Assembly: GCA_012514045.1 (NCBI GenBank)
Contig: JAAZBA010000172.1
Coordinates: forward strand, 1 to 41,994
Direction: 5' to 3'
DNA length: 41,994 bases
DNA from: Clostridiales bacterium
Lineage (GTDB): Bacteria > Bacillota > Clostridia > Oscillospirales > QAMX01
Shown here: piece after piece, positions 30,133 through 38,649 of the stretch
Position numbering within the stretch: the stretch's first letter is position 1
Layout of the letters: every line of letters starts with the position of its first letter
Translations under genes and position numbers: made by a program
The notes under the pieces: model-generated
What the model was told of the DNA's origin: nothing
The model's input: the letters and a program-made list of their open reading frames with translations, nothing else
Database searches by the model: none

Positions 30133-30409
30133 TTTTTATTTATATAATAATAAAAGAACGAGAATGACGTAGTAGTAGTACGTAATAGCTGTGGAAATGT
30201 GGAAAAGTTTTTTATCTTGCCTTAAATCTTCGGAAATACGTCAAATATTTCGGTCTGCGGCTGATTTTTGCCGGGGAGAAAGTTGCTGTTTGCGATGAAA
30301 CGTTTTTCACAGCGTCATGTTTAAAAGTTAAGCTCTCTCCACAGCTTTCCACAGGGAAAAACGGGCTGTGGAAAAAGTTTTCCCTTTTCCACGGGATAGC
30401 TGTGGATGA
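30133..30409. other. oriC. Components: AT-only 23-mer (30133-30155); TAG/GTA trinucleotide repeats (30169-30188); at least 8 DnaA-box-like 9-mers at 30190 TGTGGAAAT, 30198 TGTGGAAAA, 30303 TTTTTCACA, 30335 CTCTCCACA, 30345 CTTTCCACA, 30367 TGTGGAAAA, 30385 TTTTCCACG, 30401 TGTGGATGA
   Basis: All read directly. Lies in the dnaA-dnaN intergenic region, as in Bacillus-type origins. The extended motif AGCTGTGGA recurs three times exactly (30187, 30398, and inverted at 30338) and once as GGCTGTGGA (30364). Confidence 0.8.
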
Positions 30410-30475
30410 GTGAGAGGGAAATTTATCTTATTTTATGGAGCAAAAAAGCTGTTTTATGGGGATTTGCTTGGTGGA

Positions 30476-31777
30476 TTACCCACGTATTGTTTTTTCAAGC
30501 ATCTCGACTTTTTTCTGGAAATCCGGCTGATTTGTTATTTGTTCATCCACCTTGTTTACTGAGTGGAGGATGGTTGTGTGGTCCCTTCCTCCGAAGACGC
30601 CGCCGATTTCCGGCAGAGACATCTTCGTAAGCTTTCTTACGAGGTATATGGAAACCTGGCGGGCCTGCATTATATCCTGGCTGCGCCTTGTGCCGATGAT
30701 ATCCTGAACCGATACGCTGAAATATTTGGAGGCTTCAGAGAGGATATAATCCGGCGTTGGGTTGAGTCCCGGGTTTGCCCTGTATATGTCCTCGACCGCT
30801 TTTTTCGCTGTTTCAATATCTACGGGCATATCCATTAGCACGTTGAGAGCCTTTATTTTTTTTACCGTACCTTCCAGCTGGCGTATGTTTGAGGTAATCA
30901 TGGTGGCAATATAATCCACCATGTCCTTTGTCAGATCCACCTGGATGCCCTCCGCTTTTTTCCAGATGATGGCGCTGCGGGTTTCAAAGTCAGGAGGGGC
31001 TATGTCCGCCAAGAGTCCCCACTCAAAGCGAGTGCGGAGGCGGTCCTCCAGCTTGTCTATCTCTTTGGGCGTGCGGTCTGAGGTGAGAACGATCTGCTTG
31101 TTCGAATCATAAAGAGCGTTGAAGGTGTGGAAAAATTCCTCCTGGGTAGAGGGGCGACCGGCGATGAACTGGACGTCGTCCACCAAAAGCAGATCCGCTT
31201 GACGGTACTTCTGCCGGAACTCCTGTGTCTTGCCCTCGGAGATGGCAAGAATTATTTCGTTTGTAAAAACCTCGCCGGTGATGTATACAATCTTGAAGAT
31301 CGGCTTCGATTTATTTATGCTTTCGGCGATGGCGTTGAGAAGATGTGTCTTTCCGAGTCCCGAAGGTCCGTATATAAAAAGAGGATTATAGGTAGAGGCG
31401 GGCTTTGAGGCCACAGCGGAGGCGGCGGCGTGGGCAAATCTGTTTGAGGAGCCCACGACGAAGTTTTCGAAGGTGTGACCTTCCTCCCCGTCAATAGTGG
31501 TCTCTTTTTGGGTCAAAAATATTTTATACTCATCGTCAGTCATGTAGTATACCGGCACGTCATCGCTGAAAAGCTCTCTGACGCAGTCCTCAAAGGCTTC
31601 CCGGTACTTTGTGAGCACAATATTTTTTTTGAAGGTCGAAGAGAGAAGCAGCACAATGTTGTCTCCGCTTATCTCCGGTATATCAGCGTCGCCGAACCAT
31701 GTGTTGACCGTTACCTCCGAGAATTTTTCCGACAGCATCTCCCGTATTCTGTTTAGAAAATCGGCGGTGTTGTCCAT
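30476..31777 (-). CDS. dnaA: chromosomal replication initiator protein DnaA
   Basis: Walker A GPSGLGKTHL, DDVQFIAG, sensor and box VII regions, C-terminal DNA-binding HTTILHSVNKV. Start ATG 31777 has GAAAGGA 8 nt upstream. The track start at 31819 lies only about 7 nt from the -10 box. Confidence 0.95.
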   Translation of the reverse strand: MDNTADFLNRIREMLSEKFSEVTVNTWFGDADIPEISGDNIVLLLSSTFKKNIVLTKYREAFEDCVRELFSDDVPVYYMTDDEYKIFLTQKETTIDGEEGHTFENFVVGSSNRFAHAAASAVASKPASTYNPLFIYGPSGLGKTHLLNAIAESINKSKPIFKIVYITGEVFTNEIILAISEGKTQEFRQKYRQADLLLVDDVQFIAGRPSTQEEFFHTFNALYDSNKQIVLTSDRTPKEIDKLEDRLRTRFEWGLLADIAPPDFETRSAIIWKKAEGIQVDLTKDMVDYIATMITSNIRQLEGTVKKIKALNVLMDMPVDIETAKKAVEDIYRANPGLNPTPDYILSEASKYFSVSVQDIIGTRRSQDIMQARQVSIYLVRKLTKMSLPEIGGVFGGRDHTTILHSVNKVDEQITNQPDFQKKVEMLEKTIRG

Positions 31778-31826
31778 ATCAGTTGTCCTTTCCGTAGTGT
31801 GATCGAAAGTGTATATCATAAAGTAT

Positions 31827-31855
31827 ATTATACTACATTTTGTTTTCTTTTACAA
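31827..31855 (-). promoter_or_regulatory. dnaA promoter (minus strand: TTGTAA = complement of 31850-31855, 17-nt spacer, TATAAT = complement of 31827-31832)
   Basis: Hexamers read directly. Confidence 0.55.
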
Positions 31856-31874
31856 GCAAAATATGCCGGAATCC

Positions 31875-31903
31875 TTGACAAAAGAAAACACCCGTGCTAT
31901 AAT
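31875..31903 (+). promoter_or_regulatory. thrS promoter (TTGACA 31875-31880, 17-nt spacer, TATAAT 31898-31903)
   Basis: Perfect consensus hexamers at optimal spacing. Confidence 0.75.
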
Positions 31904-31909
31904 ATCTTG

Positions 31910-32220
31910 AAAAGCGATGATGGGAAAAGTAGCCGTATCAAATCCCTTCCAGAGAATGGCGCTTTCACATATTTTTATTAAAAATACGTGAAAGCTGGAA
32001 TGCGCCTAAGGGAAGAGCGATGTGAAGACCATCCCCGAGCTCCCGGTTTGAAATGAAAAGAGTAGGGCAGGGCGGGTTTTATGCCTCCGTTAAAGGGCTT
32101 ACGTAAAAGAGGCGCGGTTTTTCCGTTTGGAAAAGCCCGCAACCGGAGTGGAACCGCGGCCGATTGCGTCGTCTCCGTCGAGAGATATTGTCTCTCAGCG
32201 GAAGGCGATTTTTTTATTTT
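31910..32220 (+). promoter_or_regulatory. T-box riboswitch leader, threonine-specific (specifier ACC at 32028-32030)
   Basis: Stem I start AGCGATGATGGGAAAAGTAG, AGAGA box, specifier loop GAAGACCA, F-box CCGTTA (32087-32092), T-box sequence AACCGGAGTGGAACCGCGG (32141-32159), then a terminator hairpin (about 32168-32208) followed by a T-run. Confidence 0.85.
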
Positions 32221-32257
32221 ATTCAAAAAATCTAACCGATATAAAGGAGCAAATATC

Positions 32258-34204
32258 ATGAACATCAAATTACCCGATGAAAGCATTATATCCCTTGAGG
32301 AGAATATGAGCGTTATGGACGCCGCCAAGGCGATATCCCAGGGTCTTGCCAGAGTCGCCCTTGCCGCGAAAGTAAACGGAGAGCTCTGCGAGCTGTCAAA
32401 GGAGCTCAAGGACGGGGATTCCATTGAAATCCTCACGGGAGCCGACCCCGAGAGCCTTCGCGCTCTCCGCCACAGCGTTTCCCACGTGCTTGCCCAGGCG
32501 GTAAAGAATCTGTACCCCGAGGCAAAGCTTGCAATCGGTCCCGCCATCGATACCGGCTTTTACTACGACTTCGATTATGATGAAGGCTTTGACGCGGAAT
32601 CCCTCGAGAAGATTGAGGCTGAGATGAAGAGAATCATTAAGCAGGCTCTCCCCATACAGCGCTTCACCCTGCCCAGAGCCTCGGCTCTGGAGCTTGTCGA
32701 CAAGATGGGTGAGCCCTATAAGCGTGAGCTTATCGAGGACCTTCCGGAGGACAGTTTGCTGTCCTTCTACCGGCAGGGCGACTTCACCGACCTATGCGCC
32801 GGTCCCCATATTCCGGACACAGGAAGGATAAAAGCCTTTAAGCTCCTCTCTTCCACCGGAGCGTACTGGAGAGGCAACGCCGCCAACAAAATGCTCCGGA
32901 GAATCTACGGCACTGCCTTTGCAAAGAAAGAGGAGCTTGCCGCGCACCTTGAGCAGCTTGAGGAAGCGAAGAAGAGAGACCACAACAAGCTGGGACGTGA
33001 GCTTGAGCTGTTCACCACCGTTGATATAATCGGTCAGGGACTTCCCATTCTCCTGCCCAAGGGAGCGAGGATCATTCAGATACTTCAGCGGTTTGTTGAG
33101 GACGAGGAATATAAGAGAGGGTATCAGCTCACCAAGACGCCGTTCATGGCGAAGCGCGAACTCTATAAGCTCTCCGGCCACTGGGATCACTACCTTGACG
33201 GCATGTTCGTGCTGGGAGACCCGGATGACTACGAAAACGAGTGCTTCGCCCTTCGTCCCATGACCTGCCCTTTTCAGTACCATGTGTTTTTAAACCGCAT
33301 GCGCTCATACCGTGATCTACCCATGAGGCTGGGTGAGACATCCACGCTGTTCCGCAACGAGGAGTCCGGCGAGATGCACGGTCTTATCAGAGTGCGCCAG
33401 TTCACCATCTCCGAAGGGCACATCATCCTCCGTCCCGAGCAGCTGGAAGAAGAGTTCAAGAATTGTTTGGAGCTGGCGAATTACATGCTTAAAACCCTTG
33501 GGCTTGACGACGACGTAAGCTACCGTTTCTCTCAGTGGGATCCCAACAACTCCTCGAAGTATATCGGCACCCCCGAGCAGTGGGAGGAAGCCCAGAGCGT
33601 CATGTACAAAATTCTGGACCATCTGGGAGTCAAATACACCGTGGGCATCGACGAGGCCGCTTTCTACGGTCCGAAGCTGGATATCCAGATAAGGAACGTG
33701 TTCGGCAAGGAAGATACGCTTATCACGATCCAGATCGACCAGATGCTGGCGGAGCAATACGGCATGGAGTATATCGACGTGGACGGCAGGAAACGCAGAC
33801 CGTATATCATCCACCGCACGTCCTTAGGATGCTACGAGAGAACACTGGCGCTGCTGATTGAGAAGTACGCCGGCGCGTTCCCCGCCTGGCTCGCCCCCGT
33901 CCAGGTCAAGCTCCTCACAATCACCGATAGAAGTCTTGAATACGCCGAGAATATCGCCTCCGACCTTGAGGCTATGGGCATCCGCTGCGAAGTCGACCGC
34001 CGAAACGAAAAGATAGGCTACAAGATAAGGGAAGCTCAGCTGGAGAAGGTGCCATACATGCTGGTGCTGGGAGACAGGGAAGCCGAGTCCGGAGAGGTCA
34101 ACGTCCGCCTCCGTGACGGCTCCAACAAGACGCTGCCCTTAGACGAGTTCAAGCTCAAGCTTCTTGAAAACGTAAGCAAAAGGGAAAAGACAGCGACATT
34201 GTAA
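32258..34204 (+). CDS. thrS: threonine--tRNA ligase
   Basis: N-terminal TGS domain (MNIKLPDESIISL...), class II motifs FRNEESGEMHGLIRVRQFT, anticodon-binding C-terminus. AAAGGAG RBS before ATG 32258. The track ORF start at 32081 lies inside the T-box leader. Confidence 0.95.
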   Translation: MNIKLPDESIISLEENMSVMDAAKAISQGLARVALAAKVNGELCELSKELKDGDSIEILTGADPESLRALRHSVSHVLAQAVKNLYPEAKLAIGPAIDTGFYYDFDYDEGFDAESLEKIEAEMKRIIKQALPIQRFTLPRASALELVDKMGEPYKRELIEDLPEDSLLSFYRQGDFTDLCAGPHIPDTGRIKAFKLLSSTGAYWRGNAANKMLRRIYGTAFAKKEELAAHLEQLEEAKKRDHNKLGRELELFTTVDIIGQGLPILLPKGARIIQILQRFVEDEEYKRGYQLTKTPFMAKRELYKLSGHWDHYLDGMFVLGDPDDYENECFALRPMTCPFQYHVFLNRMRSYRDLPMRLGETSTLFRNEESGEMHGLIRVRQFTISEGHIILRPEQLEEEFKNCLELANYMLKTLGLDDDVSYRFSQWDPNNSSKYIGTPEQWEEAQSVMYKILDHLGVKYTVGIDEAAFYGPKLDIQIRNVFGKEDTLITIQIDQMLAEQYGMEYIDVDGRKRRPYIIHRTSLGCYERTLALLIEKYAGAFPAWLAPVQVKLLTITDRSLEYAENIASDLEAMGIRCEVDRRNEKIGYKIREAQLEKVPYMLVLGDREAESGEVNVRLRDGSNKTLPLDEFKLKLLENVSKREKTATL

Positions 34205-34238
34205 GCGTTTCTTAAATAATAATTTGACATATCAAGCT

Positions 34239-34270
34239 GGGGCTGCAGCGAAACAATCCGCCGCAGCCCC
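34239..34270 (+). terminator. GC-rich hairpin downstream of thrS (GGGGCTGCAGCG-N8-CGCCGCAGCCCC; no T-run)
   Basis: 12-bp stem with one mismatch, 34 nt after the stop codon. The 14-mer GGGGCTGCAGCGAA is shared with the hairpin at 38594. Confidence 0.45.
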
Positions 34271-34275
34271 GATTG

Positions 34276-34520
34276 ATCCCCCTCCGGCGCAATGCGCCGG
34301 TTTCCCCCTTTAGTCAAGGGGGATAGAGTCCGTTCCTTCCCCCCTTGTCTAAAGGGGGGAAGATGCATTTACCGATATTGCAATCTTTTTAGACCTGCTC
34401 TGCGGTATATTGGGGGATACATTCCAAGGCTTCCCCTTGATTGCGAAGCTGTCTTATGATGCGGCGTGCCGCAGCATGAGACTGATGAGGAGAAACTTGA
34501 CGCAAGTATGCGTCGCGCAG
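34276..34520 (-). repeat. modular palindromic intergenic repeat, copy R4 (core 34276-34420: G, B in both orientations, A; plus F and C-type hairpins to about 34520)
   Basis: Termini ATCCCCC / GGGGGATAC. 34339-34420 is nearly identical to 27583-27664. Confidence 0.85.
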
Positions 34521-34551
34521 AATAATGAGAGGAATCCTCCCCATAAAACGC

Positions 34552-34579
34552 TTGCAATCCCGCATGATTGGGGTATAAT
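34552..34579 (+). promoter_or_regulatory. candidate promoter (TTGCAA 34552-34557, 16-nt spacer, TATAAT 34574-34579) for the beta-helix gene
   Basis: Hexamers read directly. GGGAGGAG RBS before ATG 34610. Confidence 0.5.
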
Positions 34580-34609
34580 ATAATTAACTAAGAAAAGGGA
34601 GGAGAAGCT

Positions 34610-36067
34610 ATGGATATTTACAGCCCGAATTATTATCTTGAAGCGGCGGATGATGCCGAGATGATCCAGCTTGCGGTGGACGCGGCGGCGGAGCGGGGAG
34701 AAAAAGTGATCATACCCCGGCGTAATCTCCGTACGGGAGAGGACATCTGGCGTATCCCGAGAGCTGTCAAGCTCTATACAGGCAGCGCCGTCATCATCGA
34801 CAGCGCGCGTCTACGGCAAACGGACGATTCCTTTGACAACATCTTCAAAAACTCCTTTGCCCGTACCGAGGCGGGTAAAAAGCTTGAAAACCGGCAGTAT
34901 GACATAACGATCGAAGGCATTGGAGACGCGATACTCGACGGGGGAAACCATAACGGTCTTGTGGAGCGGAACCAGAACAGTGACGGACGTCCATATGTCA
35001 TCGTAAATTCCCCTATCCATCTCGTAAACTGCGAGAGGATAAGGGTAAAAAATCTGAAAATCGTCAACAGCCGCTATTGGGGCATGTGCTTCCATTACTG
35101 CTCCGACGGCAGAGTATCCGACATATATTTCACATCCCAAGGAAACTGCCCCAATCAGGACGGCGTAGACCTGCGCACGGGCTGCTCCGATTTTATAATC
35201 GAGAATATCTCTGGCTATACCCAGGACGACACCGTGGCGCTCACCTGCCTTGAGGGAAAGGGCACCGACTATCTCTGCAGGGTAGAGAACATGGACGATT
35301 CCATCCACAACGTGATCATCAGGAACGTCACCTCCGGCACGAGGTGCGCCCAGATAAGGCTTTTGAACAACTACGGAAAGAAGCTCTATAACGTTATAAT
35401 CGAAAACGTTCAGTCAAGCGCGGAATACGACCCAACGGACAGCCGCGCCCGGGAGCTTCCTCTCCGAATCCCTAAGGGAGAACACTATTACCCTGAAACC
35501 TCCTGCGCCATGCCGGATAACGTCTACTGGAGTACCTTTGAGGGCGGCGAGAGAAGAGCGGGAGCCTACGTCAGGATAGGCGAAAACCACTATTTCGATC
35601 CGAATAACCCGGATTCCAGAGCGAAACTCGGTGATACATTCAATATTATCGTAAGAAACGTACAGTCAAGGAACCTTTACCCGGTGATAATATCCCGCAC
35701 GCTGTGCGACTCGGTCATAGAAAATGTCCAAGCCTTCGGCGACAGCAACGTGGCGGTGTTCTTTGACGGAGGGGAGTTTGACAACATAACTTTGCGGGAC
35801 ATCTCCTACAGCCGCGCCTCCCGCCGCAGGGATACGGACAAAGGTACGGAGAACCCCGGCCAAAGGCAGTATAAATACTGTTCCAGCGTCTACTTCAACG
35901 GAAGCAGCGCCGAAAATCTGCGCTTTGACACCGTGGTCACCTCAGAGACCTCCGAGGCGGTGTTCGCCGGAGACGGAAATGTCTCTCTTACGGCAAGAAA
36001 TATCGTTAAGAGGAGAGAGGATATCCCCACTGTTTTAGGCGAGGGCATTAAAGTAACGGAGTATTGA
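34610..36067 (+). CDS. right-handed parallel beta-helix protein, GH28-like glycoside hydrolase
   Basis: Periodic beta-helix pattern. NQDGVDL and QDDTVAL resemble the GH28 NTDG and DD motifs. No signal peptide. Confidence 0.5.
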   Translation: MDIYSPNYYLEAADDAEMIQLAVDAAAERGEKVIIPRRNLRTGEDIWRIPRAVKLYTGSAVIIDSARLRQTDDSFDNIFKNSFARTEAGKKLENRQYDITIEGIGDAILDGGNHNGLVERNQNSDGRPYVIVNSPIHLVNCERIRVKNLKIVNSRYWGMCFHYCSDGRVSDIYFTSQGNCPNQDGVDLRTGCSDFIIENISGYTQDDTVALTCLEGKGTDYLCRVENMDDSIHNVIIRNVTSGTRCAQIRLLNNYGKKLYNVIIENVQSSAEYDPTDSRARELPLRIPKGEHYYPETSCAMPDNVYWSTFEGGERRAGAYVRIGENHYFDPNNPDSRAKLGDTFNIIVRNVQSRNLYPVIISRTLCDSVIENVQAFGDSNVAVFFDGGEFDNITLRDISYSRASRRRDTDKGTENPGQRQYKYCSSVYFNGSSAENLRFDTVVTSETSEAVFAGDGNVSLTARNIVKRREDIPTVLGEGIKVTEY

Positions 36068-36081
36068 AAACAGGAATAAAC

Positions 36082-36672
36082 ATGGGTGAGCATTATTTTA
36101 CAAGGGATCCCGGCGCTGAGCATGAGGAGAAGGAGATACTCTTCTCCTGCCGGGGGAAAAAATGCGTCTGCGTAACCGATTCGGGAGTTTTCTCCCGTGA
36201 CGGCCTCGACGAGGGCACAAGGCTTCTGCTGGAGTCGCTGCCAAAGCTTTCGGGCAGAGTGCTGGACTTAGGGTGCGGTTGGGGTCCCGTGGGGCTGATA
36301 TTAGGTCGCTGCTTCCCGGATATTGAGATCGTCATGACGGACATAAACGAGCGGGCGGTGGACTTGGCCAACAGGAACCTGAGGAAAAACGACGTGACAA
36401 ACGCATACGCCGTGCAGGGCGACATAACGGAAAACGTGGCAGGTCCCTTCGACGCGGTTATCCTCAATCCCCCCATCCGTACAGGCAAAGAGAACGTGTA
36501 TAAAATGTACGACGAGTCCCACGCCTGCCTGAAAGATGGCGGCGCGCTGTATATCGTGATAAGAAAGCAGCAGGGCGCGGAATCCACCGCGAAGCATTTA
36601 AAGACAGTGTTTTTAGAAGTGGAGAGAATCGAAAGAGATAAAGGATACTGGGTGCTCAGGTGCATGAAGTGA
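36082..36672 (+). CDS. class I SAM-dependent methyltransferase, YbxB/RsmC-like (MTS domain)
   Basis: EHYFTRDP...TDSGVFSRD...VLDLGCGWGPVGL...DINERAV...ILNPPIRTGKE pattern. The probable start is ATG 36082, within track ORF 36064-36672. Confidence 0.8.
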   Translation: MGEHYFTRDPGAEHEEKEILFSCRGKKCVCVTDSGVFSRDGLDEGTRLLLESLPKLSGRVLDLGCGWGPVGLILGRCFPDIEIVMTDINERAVDLANRNLRKNDVTNAYAVQGDITENVAGPFDAVILNPPIRTGKENVYKMYDESHACLKDGGALYIVIRKQQGAESTAKHLKTVFLEVERIERDKGYWVLRCMK

Positions 36673-36674
36673 CA

Positions 36675-36897
36675 GTATCCCCCTCCGGGTCTGCGTGACG
36701 CATGAAGCTTTGCTTCAAGCGTCGGGAATCCCTTCAACACTGCTTGCAGTACGTAGGCTAGGGAGATAGGGTCTAAATCCTTCTGCAAACTCAAAAACAG
36801 AGCTTCGTATCCTTCCCCCCTTGTCTAAAGGGAGGAAAGAAAAGGTTGCGGACACCACAGTCTCTTCAGGTCTGCGCTGCAGAATACTGGGGGATAC
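36675..36897 (-). repeat. modular palindromic intergenic repeat, copy R5 (223 bp; perfect 9-bp termini GTATCCCCC / GGGGGATAC; modules G(partial)-C-D-H-B-A)
   Basis: Read directly. Starts 2 nt after the methyltransferase stop codon. Confidence 0.85.
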
Positions 36898-36947
36898 AAA
36901 ATTATTATTAAAACAAAACCAACACACATATATAAAGGAGGAAAAAT

Positions 36948-38573
36948 ATGCTTAAAATCGGATGGGCGGAGAGGGATATTACCACCTACGGGCCCGCGTA
37001 TATTCCGGGGTTTTTCAACATGAGAATCTCAAGGGGAGTTATTGACCCTGTGTTTACCACAGCCCTTGTGGTTGAGGACGGAAACGACATCGCCATTTTC
37101 CTTTCTGTGGACACCTGCGTCATGCGCTCGTTTCTGCTCGACGAGATAAGAGCGAAGACAAAGCGGAAAAACCCGGAAATCCCGGTGGAGAAAATCCTTG
37201 CCTCAGCCATGCATCAGCATACCGCCCCCAGCCACTACTATGACGGCGGTGAAATCGACGAATGCCTCTACGATATCTACACTAAGGAAGAAATCGATAA
37301 AATCCTTGAGGGCTATATCCCCGGCTCCAACATGGTCGTCCCCAGAGACGGAGTTGTGATAGAGTCCAGCGACAAATACCGCGCTTTCCTCTCAGATCAG
37401 GCCTCCGACGCCATATGCGAGGCTTACGCCAGCCGCAAGGAAAGCGGCATCGCCTACGGTTACGGCTACGGTGTTGTTGCCCACTCAAGGCGCACGGTGT
37501 ATTTTGACGATACCTCCCTTCGCCCCGGGGCGCAGAGCGATCCCCTCACCTCCCTCCACGGCCACGCAAGAATGTACGGTGAGACAAACGACGATAATTT
37601 CGCTTCCTTCGAAGCGGGCGAGAATCACTATGTCAACATCATGTACACTTTTGACAAGGACAAAAAGCTGACCGGCGCTATAATCAATATCCCCTGTCCC
37701 TCCCAGAACTCCGAGGGCGAGGCGGACTGCCATATCACCGCCGATTACTGGTGCGACGTAAAGAAAGCCATAAGGGCGCGCCATGGAGACATATTTATCT
37801 TATCCCAGTGCGCCGCCGGCGGCGACCTGTCACCCCATTTGCTCTACTATAAGGACGCGCGACTCCGCCGTTTCCGTCTAAAGTACGGTCTCAGTGAAGC
37901 CAAAGGCACAATTGACGAAAAAATGGCCGCAGGAGGCGCGATGCATCCGGCGGGCACAAGAGTCGAGGAGCTTGAGAGACGGGAGATAGGGGAGAGAATA
38001 GCTTCCTGTTTCGATGAGGTGCTGTCCTGGGCGAAAAACGACATACGCACAGAGGCCGAGATCTGCCACAAGGTGGAGACGGTCGAATTGAGCCGCAGGA
38101 TCATAACAGATGAAGAGTATAGATTCTGCCTCGATCAGCTTGAAGCCCTTAAGGACGAGGAGTACCGTTTCGACCAGGGCTCCTCCATCGATAATCTTGA
38201 CTACAACTCTACGCTGAAGTCAAAGAGAGCCCGCTTCATGGGCGCGATAAACCGCTACAAGACCCAGAAGGAGAACCCGAAGAAGAAGATGGAGCTTCAC
38301 GCCATCAAGATCGGCGACATAGCTTTTGCTTCCAACCAGTTTGAGCTGTATATGGACTATATGCACCGTATCCAGGCCAGAAGCCCATTTGAGCAGACAT
38401 TTGTGGTCCAGCTTTCCGGTCAGCCCGGCATGGACGGCGGCTCCTACCTCGCAACCGAACGGGCGGTGGAGAACAGAGGCTATTCCGCCAGCATGTTCTG
38501 CAACACCGTATCCCCGAAGGGCGGTCAGGAGCTGGTGGAAGCCACATTAAAGGCTCTGCGGGAGATTAAGTAA
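36948..38573 (+). CDS. hypothetical protein with a neutral/alkaline ceramidase-like N-terminal domain
   Basis: N-terminus MLKIGWAERDITTYGPAYIPGF...GVIDPVFTTALVVEDGNDIAIFLSVD resembles the ceramidase_alk N-domain pattern from memory. AAAGGAGG RBS upstream. Confidence 0.4.
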   Translation: MLKIGWAERDITTYGPAYIPGFFNMRISRGVIDPVFTTALVVEDGNDIAIFLSVDTCVMRSFLLDEIRAKTKRKNPEIPVEKILASAMHQHTAPSHYYDGGEIDECLYDIYTKEEIDKILEGYIPGSNMVVPRDGVVIESSDKYRAFLSDQASDAICEAYASRKESGIAYGYGYGVVAHSRRTVYFDDTSLRPGAQSDPLTSLHGHARMYGETNDDNFASFEAGENHYVNIMYTFDKDKKLTGAIINIPCPSQNSEGEADCHITADYWCDVKKAIRARHGDIFILSQCAAGGDLSPHLLYYKDARLRRFRLKYGLSEAKGTIDEKMAAGGAMHPAGTRVEELERREIGERIASCFDEVLSWAKNDIRTEAEICHKVETVELSRRIITDEEYRFCLDQLEALKDEEYRFDQGSSIDNLDYNSTLKSKRARFMGAINRYKTQKENPKKKMELHAIKIGDIAFASNQFELYMDYMHRIQARSPFEQTFVVQLSGQPGMDGGSYLATERAVENRGYSASMFCNTVSPKGGQELVEATLKALREIK

Positions 38574-38593
38574 TAAGCAAATAAAAACTAATC

Positions 38594-38627
38594 GGGGCTG
38601 CAGCGAATTTTGTTTCGCTGCAGCCCC
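38594..38627. terminator. hairpin terminator between convergent genes (perfect 14-bp stem GGGGCTGCAGCGAA / TTCGCTGCAGCCCC)
   Basis: Read directly. There is a T-rich tract on the minus-strand side (complement of AAATAAAAACTAATC) and none on the plus side. Confidence 0.65.
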
Positions 38628-38649
38628 TCCACATATGATTATTTATATT

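Noticed and set aside
31778-31819. Upstream ATG (31819) as the dnaA start, and similar upstream extensions of ORFs 17100-18248, 9070-9801, 2474-3502 and 38650-40857
   Set aside because: The extensions run into promoters, operators or repeat sequence and lack an RBS. Internal starts with good Shine-Dalgarno sequences give N-termini typical of the families.
32081-32257. N-terminal extension of the thrS ORF and antisense ORF 31978-32547
   Set aside because: Both overlap the T-box leader and its terminator. The true thrS start at ATG 32258 has an AAAGGAG RBS and matches the usual TGS-domain N-terminus.
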